Assembly: GCA_054661495.1 (NCBI GenBank) | Contig: BAAFSQ010000077.1 | Coordinates: 7,923-39,922 of the forward strand | DNA length: 32,000 bases | Direction: 5' to 3' | DNA from: Zygophlyctis sp. KS116 | Lineage: Eukaryota > Fungi > Chytridiomycota | Shown: positions 10,865 to 22,332 of the stretch, piece after piece | How positions within the stretch are numbered: position 1 is the stretch's first letter | How the letters are laid out: every line of letters starts with the position of its first letter | Program-made: the position numbers and the translations under genes | The notes under the pieces: generated by a model | What the model was told of the DNA's origin: nothing | The model's database searches: none | Seen by the model: only the letters and a program-made list of their open reading frames with translations

Positions 10865-13370
10865 ATGTTTGGTTTTAAGAGATACTTGATAGGAGATCGT
10901 TTGGATAAGCTTTATGTTTTGAAATTACCATTTGAGATTAATATAATGGAATTTATCGCCGTGAAAAGATTGGATTCTCAGCTACTTTTGTGCGTACATG
11001 AAGGCGGTATGGATCAAATGTTTAAATATACAGGAGCCAGTAGTATTATTCTAAATTATTCTGATGCGATCTCTATCGGAGATTCGGTTGGAGATCAGTC
11101 GCCAAATGTAGATGATCTTAAATTTTGGACTTTTCAGATAGTTTCAAAGTTGATCATTTTGGAACAAAATAATATTATTAATGGAAATCTTTCAAAGGAT
11201 TCAGTATACATTGATCAGTCGAAAAATGTGATTTTTAGAAATCAATTTCTATTCCATTTGGCAAATTACGAATTTCCTATAGGGTACGAATTGTTGGCTG
11301 ATAAGTAGGAAATTGAAATGTATTCCGCCAGAATGTATTTTGAAGGGTCAAGTTTGTAGTAAATTCGATGTTTGGTCATTGGGGATGTTATTGGCGGAAC
11401 TAGTTTTGGGTGAACAATTTTATGATGACTTTGCGCTTTTGGATGATATTCAAAATAGCTCGCCAATTCAAGAAATGAAATTTATACAGCTTGTAAAGGA
11501 GTTTGAAATGGACAATAGTCTCAAGGAGTTGATTTGTGATTGCTTAGAGTTCCTACCAGAGAGTAGGCCGTCACTTGTAGATATTTTAAAATCACAGTTC
11601 TTACACGATCTACAAACTGTAGATTCTAATCAAAGGGAATGGCCTATCATGGCGCATAATTATGATAATTCTTTAAAAGCAGAAGATATGTTTTACCTTT
11701 ATCAGGTCCGAAATGGAAAGATTAGTCATGTAAAGACAGATCAACAGTTTCATGAAGCGGAACTACCATTGATTGTTCGGCTTTCAGACGATTTGGATTC
11801 TATTATCACTCAATTTCCAAAGAGAATCTCTCTTCCAATATGTTTAGAAGTAAATGAGATAGATGTCTCGGATTTGTTGGATATTTCGGCTTTAACTATT
11901 CGTAGTTATGAGTCATGGAAGAAATCTGATGTTTGGGGATTTAAAGAAATTAATGGTTCAATGATGATGTTTGCTAAAAAAGATAGGCTGTCTTTAGACT
12001 GGAATGAGAAGGAAAGAGATTTACTTTATCAACTTGAACGAACACGACTATTCAGAGATTTACTTATTCGGTTTCCATTTTCAGCGGACGCTATTTTATC
12101 TGAAAGTACCGATGGATTTCCTACACATCTAAGAGCTCCTATATATTGTGCACTTTTAAATGCGGAAGGTGATGCTTCTATTTTGTTTGATGTTCTTGAT
12201 TGTGAAATTTCTACATCAATGGATCAACAGGTATATAGATGCAATATTCACAAAAGATTTACAAAGACGTACGAAGATGTCATCAATATCACACTCTCTT
12301 ATCTTCTTCAAATGGACAAGATAGTCTGCGTAGAATACTTAAAGCATGGGTGATATATAATACTGGAAAGCAAGTGTATTGGCAAGGACTAGACTCAATT
12401 GCTGCTCCATTTCTATCATTAATGTACCATGATGAAAGTTTAACATTCCTATGCCTGGCTAAATTTGTGTCTAAATATTGCCATGAATTTTTTCTACCTG
12501 ATAACTCCAAAACTATTAAAAAGTAACTTACTTTCTTAATTATAGATATATGACATCTCTTAAGAAGATTATTTCTTTTAACGACCCTGAACTATTCCTG
12601 TATATGGAAAGTATTGGACTCGAGCCACGTTTGTATGCGATTCCCTGGTTCATGACTTGTTTTGCACGTAAATCCGGTTTTTTCTAAAATATATAGATGT
12701 GCTACCAATTCATCATATATATCGATTATGGGACCATCTCTTGATCAGCAAACCAGAAATGACACTTTTTATAGCTTTTAGCATTCTGTATCAAACTCGT
12801 GAACAAATTCTTTCCAAAGACTTTAATCAAAACATGCTTTGGATATCATCGCTTAGTTTTGTAAACATTGAAAAATGTATTTTGGATTCTAGTATATTTT
12901 CTAATATTACACCTCCGTCATTATATGATTTGAATGATTCTGAAAATGAAAAATCGGTAAATTTGGTTTATAATTTAAATAGAAACTTTTAGGATCAATA
13001 TCTGCATCTGACTTTATTGAAATGCGACATTATTCTCTCCTGATTGATTCAAGAAACCATTTTAATAATGATCACCTTATTGGATCTATTAAATTTCCAA
13101 AATCAGCATCTGACTTGATAAATTTGATAAAGAAGCACTCAAGATTCTTCCTAATAATTGCTTATCAAGATGAGCCTCCAAAAAAGGTATTATATTTTTT
13201 AGACTCATTGCAAGAAGATTGAACAGTTATTAAGTACTTGTAATAATAGCAGCTTGAGTCGCGTTTGCTTACTTTCTATTGATCTGATACAAGGTATAGA
13301 CTCTTGTTTCTGTGCAATGCATTCTCAATCTAAAAAAACATGCATTAGTTTATCAAATTCAAATCATTGA
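10865..13370 (+). CDS. TBCK: TBCK-like protein (pseudokinase + Rab-GAP TBC + rhodanese-like)
   Basis: FPIG|KLKCIPPE, KFDVWSLGMLLAELVLG, EKERDLLYQ, IYKDVRRCHQY, YWQGLDS, LYAIPWFMTCFAH, LLIDSR. Six introns of 23-29 nt; start ATG inferred. Confidence 0.85.
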
Positions 13371-13392
13371 TATAGAAAAATATGATTGTAAT

Positions 13393-13692
13393 TTATTTTT
13401 TGATAATACTTTCTAGCTCCGTAATACGATGTTTTAAACTTGATATTTCATTTTGCATATTTCTAATGATAACATGAACTTTATCAGAATCAAAATCAGA
13501 ATCGGAATCATACTTTTGAGTCCCATATTTTATAGGAGATAACTGATACCAGCGTGTTGAATCAAGATCACTTTCCTCAGACATTGATAAATTACAGGAT
13601 TTATTGTCTATCGATGTCATTGAAGGACTTGATTTTGGTAAATAAAACAATGAATTAGTTTTCTTGACTGGTTTTATAGATGATACGTTCAT
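13393..13692 (-). CDS. Hypothetical 99-aa protein, Ser/Asp-rich with C-terminal coiled coil
   Basis: ATG-initiated ORF filling the gap between TBCK and GPI1; heptad pattern IIRNMQNEISSLKHRITELESIIKK. Confidence 0.5.
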   Translation of the reverse strand: MNVSSIKPVKKTNSLFYLPKSSPSMTSIDNKSCNLSMSEESDLDSTRWYQLSPIKYGTQKYDSDSDFDSDKVHVIIRNMQNEISSLKHRITELESIIKK

Positions 13693-13798
13693 TATTGATC
13701 AAGATCTGGCGGAGGCTGTTTGCATTTGTCCGAAACATGTAATTACATGGAATGCATAAATTCCAGTGGTTGGACACTCTTCCATTGTTAAATTTATA

Positions 13799-15991
13799 AT
13801 GAATAATCGTGATATAAGACCAGAAATCAATATATTTTGGCCGTTGGGCCTTTCTCATAAATCTGGATTTTTGTATGGATGGATCGTTGAAAACTGTTGG
13901 ATTGTTTGTTGTGTTGGGCCGTTGAGAGACTTGGAATTTCAATTGTCGGTTATCGGCTCACTAAATTACAATGAAAAGAGATCATCCAAGGATTGGATAG
14001 ATTTAATAACTGTTGGATCTTGTCCTCAAATCAAAAATAACTTTACCGGAAGCGATTTGCAGTTTATATTGTATCATAGGCCACGATCGTATTTACAATA
14101 TCTTTCAATCGACGAATTAAGCTTAAATCTGCTCTCAAAGGCTGAAACTTTCACTAAAAATGATATTCTCAAGGATAATGTTAGTGCGCACATCAAATAT
14201 CCACAAGAGTACAAATGCGTGAATATGGAGAAAATACTGGATTTGGTAAGAATTTAAACTGAATTTATTCAAGATTAATCAGAGTAAACAGACGGAACAG
14301 ATACTATTTCCTTCTACATTTTCATTGTTTATCAGATCCTTTAAAAGGATGAATAAGACTGGGAATCTTATTTGTGCTCTAGGATGGTACGCCATATGTC
14401 TAATAAGTCTATTTATAAGGATTCTAAATGGATGGATTTTATTTATTTTAAATGCAGAAATATTTTATGGTTATTCTTTAGTAAGAGTATCTGCGACATG
14501 TAAGTAGTTGATCTAAATCTTTTAGTTCAACAATTGGCGCAACGATTGGAACAAATGACATTTTGGCCATGGCAATATTGTCTTTGGAGAATGGCTGGTA
14601 ATAAAAAAACAATGTCGGCTCAAGCAAAATATATTGGGTTTTATAACTTGATTTGGTTGATTGGAAATGATTTGATTCTGGGATTTTCAATTGCTGGTTT
14701 AATATCACGAAATGAATCAATGTGTAATCATATTTTTAGTCTATGGATTAAAGTATATATTCAAATCTAATTGTTAGAAATATGTTACAAGTGATTTGAA
14801 AAATGCAATTATTTGGTTAATGGGATGGCCTGCTGGATTGAAATTGAATAAGGAATTGAATGTATTCTTGGGTAAATAGATAGTTTTAAAAAGATAGGTG
14901 ATTTCTTTCTTTGGCTTATCAATCTTTCCCAAGGTAAATTACAAAAGATTGATTTTTAGTCATTTTATTTCAAATTCTGCAACATTTTCCATACTTTTTA
15001 AAATGTGTTGTATTTGGAAGATTTTTAGGTGCCTCTTTTATTCTGTCAGTATTTTCAGACTTGATCACTGTAACAACGTTTCATTTGAATTCTTTTTATG
15101 CAATCTCAAGCAAGATTTATCGATGGCAGTTATCTATAATTATTTCTTTATTTACAGTATTTAGAGGTATCATTTAAGAGATTAATGAATAGGAAGGCGT
15201 AATAATGTATTAAGAAACAGAATAGATTCTGCAGAATATGACTTGGATCAACTGATTTTGGCGGCATTGTTTTTCACGGTGCTAGTTTTTCTGTTTCCGA
15301 CAGTTGCGGTCTATTATATTCTGTTCAGTGTTTGTAGAGTTGGTATTATCTTTTTTCAAGCCTTTCTTGAAATCCTATTGGCTCTTTTGAATCATTTTCC
15401 ATTATTTAGTATTCTGTTGCGATTCAAGGATCCTTATCGTGTTTCTTCTGGAATTGGCTTTGAATTGTACGATCCTCAAACGGACAGCCTTGCTTTTAAC
15501 ATTTTGGATTATCTCAGTTTTCCAAAACTAGAAAAGGACAAGAATTATAATCCAACAATCAAGAAAAGGGGTCGATCACATACAAGAGGAAAAAATATAC
15601 TTAAACAAGATTCTACCGTTATTAAAGAAATCAAATTAAACACATCATACCTGATCATGAAAGTAAGACAATAATCTAAATATTAGAGCGTTCCTATTAC
15701 TTTTTCCTCAATATTTTACCAATATCAATACTTGGCAAATGTGTAAGTCCGAAATAATTTATAAAAATAGGATAATTACAAATTACTTTACAAAAGCCAA
15801 CTTTTCCTCAATACTATTTGGAGACAACCTTCGATACCTTCGTCATTTAAATGTATTAATTACAGTAATTCTAAACATAGTATCCTTCTATTCCAAGTGA
15901 AAAGAATCACCAATTACCAGAGATTACAACCTTGTGGAACTTTTACTTGAATTTACCAAACAAACTCTCAAACAAGCCAAAATCAAATTAA
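13799..15991 (+). CDS. GPI1: GPI-GlcNAc transferase subunit Gpi1/PIG-Q
   Basis: IFWP, YNLIWLIGND, WLMGWPAGLKLNKELN, FR|GRRNNVLRNRIDSAEYDLDQL, FLFPTVAVYY; nine introns of 24-28 nt. Confidence 0.9.
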
Positions 15992-17024
15992 TTCCTGCAA
16001 GATTTAATAAAAGATTCCGCCAGTAACTTTTTATCTAAATTCTTTCCAATAAATACCAATTTTGATTCCCTTTCCTCATCTTTCCATAAACTTCCCTGTT
16101 GCTGATCGTACAATTCCCTTACACCTTGAAAGATTATCTTGTTGTCTGAATCTTTAGAATTTATAAGCATTTTAAGCCTAAATATTTCCATTTCTTCAAA
16201 ACAAGAACCATCAATGACTTTTTCCCATAATAAATCTCTAATCCAAATATCAATTTTATCAGTATTAAACTCCCCTTGTAAACTAAATGCAATTGTAACT
16301 ACTAAACTATCAAAATGATTTACAGTCGTTGGAACTTTTTGAATTTCATCTTCTGTTCTTTTATCAAAAGAATGAATATTTAGAACAAAATCAATTGAGA
16401 CATTTGATCTTGTACACGTCTGTATTATAGCAGAACCATTTATAAGAGAAATTTTCTCCTTTATCCCTTGTAATTGATCCAAATCTACCAAATCCATTTT
16501 ATTTAGTATAATCCTATCAGCCAATGCAACTTGTTTAACTGCTTCATTGACTGCATTATCTGGTTTCTGAATTTCTAAATATTCTAAAATGTATTTTGAG
16601 TCTACTACTGTTACTATTCCATCTAAATAAACTGAACTTTGTAATTCATCATCCAACCAAAACATTTTAGCAATCGGACCTGGATCCGCGAGTCCATTTG
16701 TTTCTAATCTAGAATTAAATAAAATGTAAATTACAATATTGCATCAAACGATCCATCTTTTTCTAATATTTTCTCTACAGCCAATACGCCATCTTCCTTT
16801 ACCGAACAACATAAACAACCATTTTCCAATTCCAACCATTCTTCAAAAATTGCATCCTTCTTCTTGACCAAACTCTTATCGATCCCAGCGGCCTCTCCAA
16901 ATTCATTCAATAATACAGCGATTTTTATGCCATGCGTCCCATTTAAAAGATTAAGAATTAAAGTAGTTTTACCAGACCCTAAGAATCCAGTTATCAATGT
17001 AATTGGAACTTTTTTCTGATTCAT
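15988..17024 (-). CDS. ZNG1: COG0523/CobW-family zinc-chaperone GTPase (ZNG1/CBWD)
   Basis: GFLGSGKTT, NEFG, GCLCCSV, ETNGLADP, LNKMD, FQGVRELY, LVFIGKNLD; one 26-nt intron near 16709-16734. Confidence 0.9.
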
Positions 17025-17190
17025 CAACGATTCCTGATCCTATATCGACGCTTGATGCTTTCCAACTCCTCCTACTCTATGATGACGCCATCCTACGCTG
17101 TCCCCTACTTGATCCATCCACCAATATCCCCTTGAACTGTCCGTCGATGGTCAGCCATGACACTGAACCTGAACCCCTTTGATTTGTTTA

Positions 17191-17256
17191 TAGTTTCGGA
17201 CAAGTTTTGCTTTAGTTTCGGACAAGTCTTGAGTTAGTTTCGGACAAGTCTTGATA
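17191..17256. repeat. 22-bp tandem repeat x3 (TAGTTTCGGACAAGTYTTG...) in divergent promoter
   Basis: Units start at 17191, 17213 and 17235; partial copy AGTTTCGGA at 17268. Confidence 0.9.
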
Positions 17257-17342
17257 CAGATCTAACAAGTTTCGGAAATGTTCAAAAGTACGGAAATTAG
17301 GAGGAATACCAAGTAATTTACAATCAAATCACAAAACTCAGA

Positions 17343-18921
17343 ATGGGAACCTCTCAGAGCTCAATTACAAATCTAAATTTATCAAATTCAAACTTGTCCG
17401 AATTTCCAAAAGTTAGTAAAATAGTTGAATCATTGAATTTATCTAATAATGAATTATCTACACTCTCTAGTCTTCGAGGTATTTTTTTAATATGGTTTAA
17501 TTATTGTAGAATATCAAATGCTTTTCAATCTAAATTTAACGGGAAATAAGTTGGATGCTATTCCTCTTCTTCCGATTTCGATATCTTCACTATATGCTTC
17601 TAGAAATAGGTTATTCTTGTCTAGTTTGACTCATTTGGGGGATTTGGAAAGATTAGTAATATTGGATTTATCTCAGAATGAATTAGAGTAATTTAAAATT
17701 GTTTTTAATATTAGGGATTTACCATGTTCTTTAAATGGATTGGTACAATTGAAATTCTTGTATTTAAGTGGAAATAATTTCCATTTAGTTCCAAGAGTTA
17801 TTTTTAAACTATATTCTTTACAGGTTTTAGATTTGTCATCTAATCTATTACAAGTATTGGAAGAGGATGTGGGTGGTTTAGAAAACTTGAAGGTATTTTT
17901 ACTAAATTTAAAAAGAGGAATTATATATAAACAAGAATAAGATTCAAAAAATTACAGAATCAATAGGGAAATTAAGGAATTTACAAGTCATGAATTTAAA
18001 TCAGAATTTTTTAAAGTTTTTGCCAGATTCAATAGGATTTTTAGAGAAATTAAAGGATTTGGATATTTCAGATAATAGAGGCATAAAGAATTTACCAAGT
18101 ACAATGTCACAATTACATGATTTATCTAAACTTGATATTTCAAGGACAGGATTTCCAAAATTACCAACTTCAATTGGAAATTTAAATGATTTAAAGGAAT
18201 TTACTTGTAGAGATTTACTCTTGGCTGATAAAAGGCTTGATTTAAAGGTTTTAGAGTCTTTGGAAAAATTAGATGTTCGAGATTTGGGATTAGAGAAATT
18301 CCCAGAAACTTGTACTACTCTTTCAAAAATCAAATTTTTAAATGCCAAAAATAATAGTCTTGTAGAGGCTGAAATACCGATTGGGATTAGTAAATGGAAG
18401 GATTGTGTATATTTAAATTTGGCGTATGGTATTAATCCTTAAAAATATTAGGAAAAATAAGTTTTCTGGGATTTCATCAAGTATTTTTGGTATGACTAGA
18501 TTAGTAGAATTGGATCTTTCAGACAATAATATCGAAATTATTCCAGATGAAATATCGAATTTGGAAAATCTAACAAAATTATTTTTAAACCATAATCAGA
18601 TTTCTAAACTGTCTAAATCATTGGGGTAATTCAATCTTTTAATTTGCTAACTCAAGAAATTTAAAGTTTCTAACAACATTGGAATTAAGGGAGAATAGGA
18701 TACGTGAAATTCCTTTAGATGTATGTAATTTAAGGAATTTGATTAAACTGGATTTATCAAATAACTTGCTAACAAACGTTCCCCAGGACCTTACTTTAAT
18801 GACAAATTTAAAGATTTTAGATCTCAAAGGAAATAATTTTGATGATCCTGATATTCAAGTCAATTTAAGGAAATCTCTACCTACACTACTGACATATTTA
18901 TCGAAAAGGCAGGATAACTAG
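17343..18921 (+). CDS. Leucine-rich-repeat protein with N-myristoylation motif
   Basis: MGTSQS (MGxxxS); many LxxLxLxxNxLxxLP repeats; five introns of 25-31 nt. Confidence 0.85.
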
Positions 18922-18972
18922 AAACTTTCAAGTAATTGTAACAAAAATTAAAATTATTGTAAAATATAAAAT

Positions 18973-20039
18973 CTATTCTTCCTTCTCTTCTTCTAATTGA
19001 AACTTGAAATATTCTGGATCAAATTTTTGTATTCTAACATACCCATCTTCTCCACCAGATGCAAATTCCATTCCATTTGGATGGAAAGCAATCGTATTAA
19101 TGGGACCAAAATGACCCTTTAGTCTAGCTATTTCATCTTCAAATATTTTATGAAAAAATCTAAATATTAAATCTTGGAAACCACCTTGCGTCAAACTTTT
19201 CCTGTTTTGCAGAAGTTGTAGTAACTGCCATTGCATCTTGACCACCACCTAGAATAATCTAATCCATTAATCATTTTTAAAAACCTTACATGAGGTAAAA
19301 TTGGAGACATTGCAGCAGAATTAACTGGTCTTTCAGTTGAAAAAGTTTTTAAAACCTTTAATGTTTCTGTTTCCCATATTATAGCAGTATGATCTTTTGA
19401 TGAAGTAATAAAATGACTTTGATCTTTACTAAATTGCATATCTGTGATAGTCCCATTGTGCTCTTTTGCATAATTTAACTTTTCTCCAGTCTATTAAATT
19501 TAATTTCTTTTTCAAAATCCTACTTTAGCATCCCAAACTGTTATACCCCCATCGTCGTGCCCAGTATAAATCATTTCATTTAATCCAACCCAAGATCCTG
19601 TCGTTGCTTTACTTCCTGAAATAGTAATCACTTGAAGTGGTTGATCACTAAAATCAGTCAATGAAATAATAAAAATCTTTGACAAATGCCCCATTGTAGC
19701 ATCAGTAATATAAAATCCCAACTGATCTCCCATAGAAATCCCAACAACTCTTACAGCAGTTTTTGTTTCCCATTTAAAAATACATTTTCCATTAGACACA
19801 TTCCATAATCGGCATGAATTATCTGCAGATCCAGTCATCATTTTACTAGAATCAAAAGAAATATCAAGATCCCAAACAGTTCCTGCATGGCCAACAAATG
19901 TTCCTAATCTTTCGCCGTTATCCGAAAACCAAACGGACGGTTGATTATCTTTAGAAATAGAGAATAATAGATCCCCAAGGCTGTTATACTTTACTTTAGT
20001 TAGCGATCGCTCATGTCCAGCCAACAGAATTGGTTTCAT
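18973..20039 (-). CDS. TIF34: Translation initiation factor eIF3 subunit i
   Basis: [53 protein letters not shown]; introns of 32, 31 and 25 nt. Confidence 0.95.
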
Positions 20040-20083
20040 TCTTTTCTTCCTCCTCGGCCTTCCCCTCTATTGACATACTGTTG

Positions 20084-20923
20084 ATGGAGTCTCATGCATT
20101 GATAGCAGGAGGCATTGCCGGAATGTCGGTTGATCTTATTTTGTATCCGATCGATACTATAAAGACAAGGTAATCATCTCTTATAATTCTAGATTGCAAT
20201 CAGTCAATGGCGTCAAAGTTTGTAATAAGAAATTATACTCTGGAATATCATCGGTCTTGGTGGGATCAGTTCCGTCGGCTGCATTGTTTTTTGGGACTTA
20301 TGAATATACTAATAAGATTAATCATTCATCATCGAGGATTTTACAACATATGATTTCTGCATCTTTGGGTGAAATTGTGGCTTGTTTGATTAGAGTTCCA
20401 ACAGAAGTTGTTAAACAGAGGATGCAGACAAGTGTTTATTCGAGTTTTAGAGGAGCGGTCGGAAGTATTTATAGGAATTCAGGGATTATGGGATTTTATC
20501 AGGGATTTTATATGACGATATTTAGAGAAGTATTTGATTTTACTTTTAAATTTTAGATTCCATTTACTTGCATACAATTTCCTTTATACGAGTTTTTAAG
20601 AGGGGAATGGATGATGAAATTTGGGGATATGCCGAATGCATTTGAATCTGGGATTTGTGGATCAGTTGCAGGTGGAATAGCTGCAGGATTAACAACGCCT
20701 CTAGATGTTGTAAAGACACGAATTATGCTCTCAATGGTAAACAAGATTATAATAATTATAGGAAAAACCAAGGATTTTTTCAATGTTTTATAGTATATAT
20801 AAAAAAGAAGGGATGACATCTTTTTTTAAAGGATTGGGACCAAGAGTTTGTTGGATATCATTGGGTGGTTTTATATTTTTAGGTGCATATCAAGGAGTTC
20901 GAGATTTTATAGATTTACGCTAA
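20084..20923 (+). CDS. PET8: Mitochondrial S-adenosylmethionine carrier (Pet8/Sam5, SLC25A26)
   Basis: YPIDTIKTR|[24 protein letters not shown]|[37 protein letters not shown]; introns of 23, 27 and 25 nt. Confidence 0.9.
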
Positions 20924-22332
20924 TAATTCATTTAAATTGAAAATTAAGAGATGGCATTCAAGAGATTCATCATTCTGGCAGCATTTTTGAATACAATTTC
21001 CTAAATTTTGTAGATTTAGAGATATTTTTGACAATTCAATGAGATTTTTCATTTTTAAGAATTTTAGTAAATTTAGAATGTGAGAAATGACTTTAATACG
21101 ATCTTTAAACAGTTCATTATTATTCATGATGTGATCAGAGTCTAGAGAGTAGATACTTGAATTGATATTTAGCAATTTTTGAGAAATTATAGAGTCGTAG
21201 AATGGAGTTTTAATGATTTCAGAATCTGTACTTTTAGAGATCAAATCTTTAAGTAATTGTAGCCCTGCTGTAATAACACTTGATATAGGAGCATTAAGCA
21301 TTTCTGTTAATACAATTTCAACTTGTTGATTGGATAGTCTATTAACCCATTTCTGAAATATTTTCCATGAATTAATTCGATCTTTTAGATTTGAATTACT
21401 GATCATCGATGTTAGCCATGCCTTTTATTAGGAATTTTAGATTACCCTTATTAATTTCTCTAAATCAATAGAGTCAATCTCTTTATCATTTCCATCGTCA
21501 ATCTTGTCTAAAGCAATCTTTATAAATCCAGAATTATGACTTTCAAATACTATAGATAAGTCAGATATATCGTAGTTTAAATTCAAGATACGTATCAATG
21601 AAAAAAATCGCAAATGTACGGAATCCACCACTCCATTGTTTAAAAAAACCAAGATATTAGATTCAGAAAGCTCCAACAAGTTTACAATTTGATAAATCTT
21701 TTCTTGTTTTTGATAAAGTATTCCATAATCATAAAACTTGAGTAATGAAGTTATCCACTTTGCAACAAATGAAACTCTTGCAATCCATAAATTTAAAAAC
21801 AGTTGCAATTTAGCATTTGATTGTTGAATTTTACAAGGAGAGAGAATCCAATGTGCCGATTCAAAGCAAAATGTACTAATGAATCCATTTATCCGTTCAA
21901 TGTCTTTGGCATTACTAGCCTGATCAAACCAAACCAATCCTTTTTCAATTAGTAGAGTTAACGCTTCCAATTCATAGCATATCTTATCTGGATTTACTTT
22001 ATATTTAAGTACTACAGTTTAAAAATGTATTAATTCTTACCGTCCAAATATAGATTTCCATAATGTATGATCAATGGCTGATTTTGCGATTCCTCATAAT
22101 CTAGAGCGGATAGAGCTTCAATACAACACATTATCATTTCTTTTGGGCTTGCATTCATTGCCAAATACTTTAGAATTTCAATCGCTTGAGGATCTTCAAG
22201 TCTTATTAAAGGAACCAAACGCTCTGCAACAGCCCAACCATTCTCTGCTAATTCCGGATGATTGGCGATTGATCGCAGAGTATCATGATTATTACAAGAT
22301 TCGAAATCTCTTAAAAGATGTTTCAAATTCAT
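20915..22332 (-). CDS. Ybp1/glomulin/ALF4-like helical-repeat protein
   Basis: ENGW..., [42 protein letters not shown] resemble family motifs; introns of 29 and 24 nt. Confidence 0.6.

Noticed and set aside
17191-17256. CRISPR-like array
   Set aside because: Units are contiguous with no unique spacers, there are no cas genes, and the context is a eukaryotic promoter
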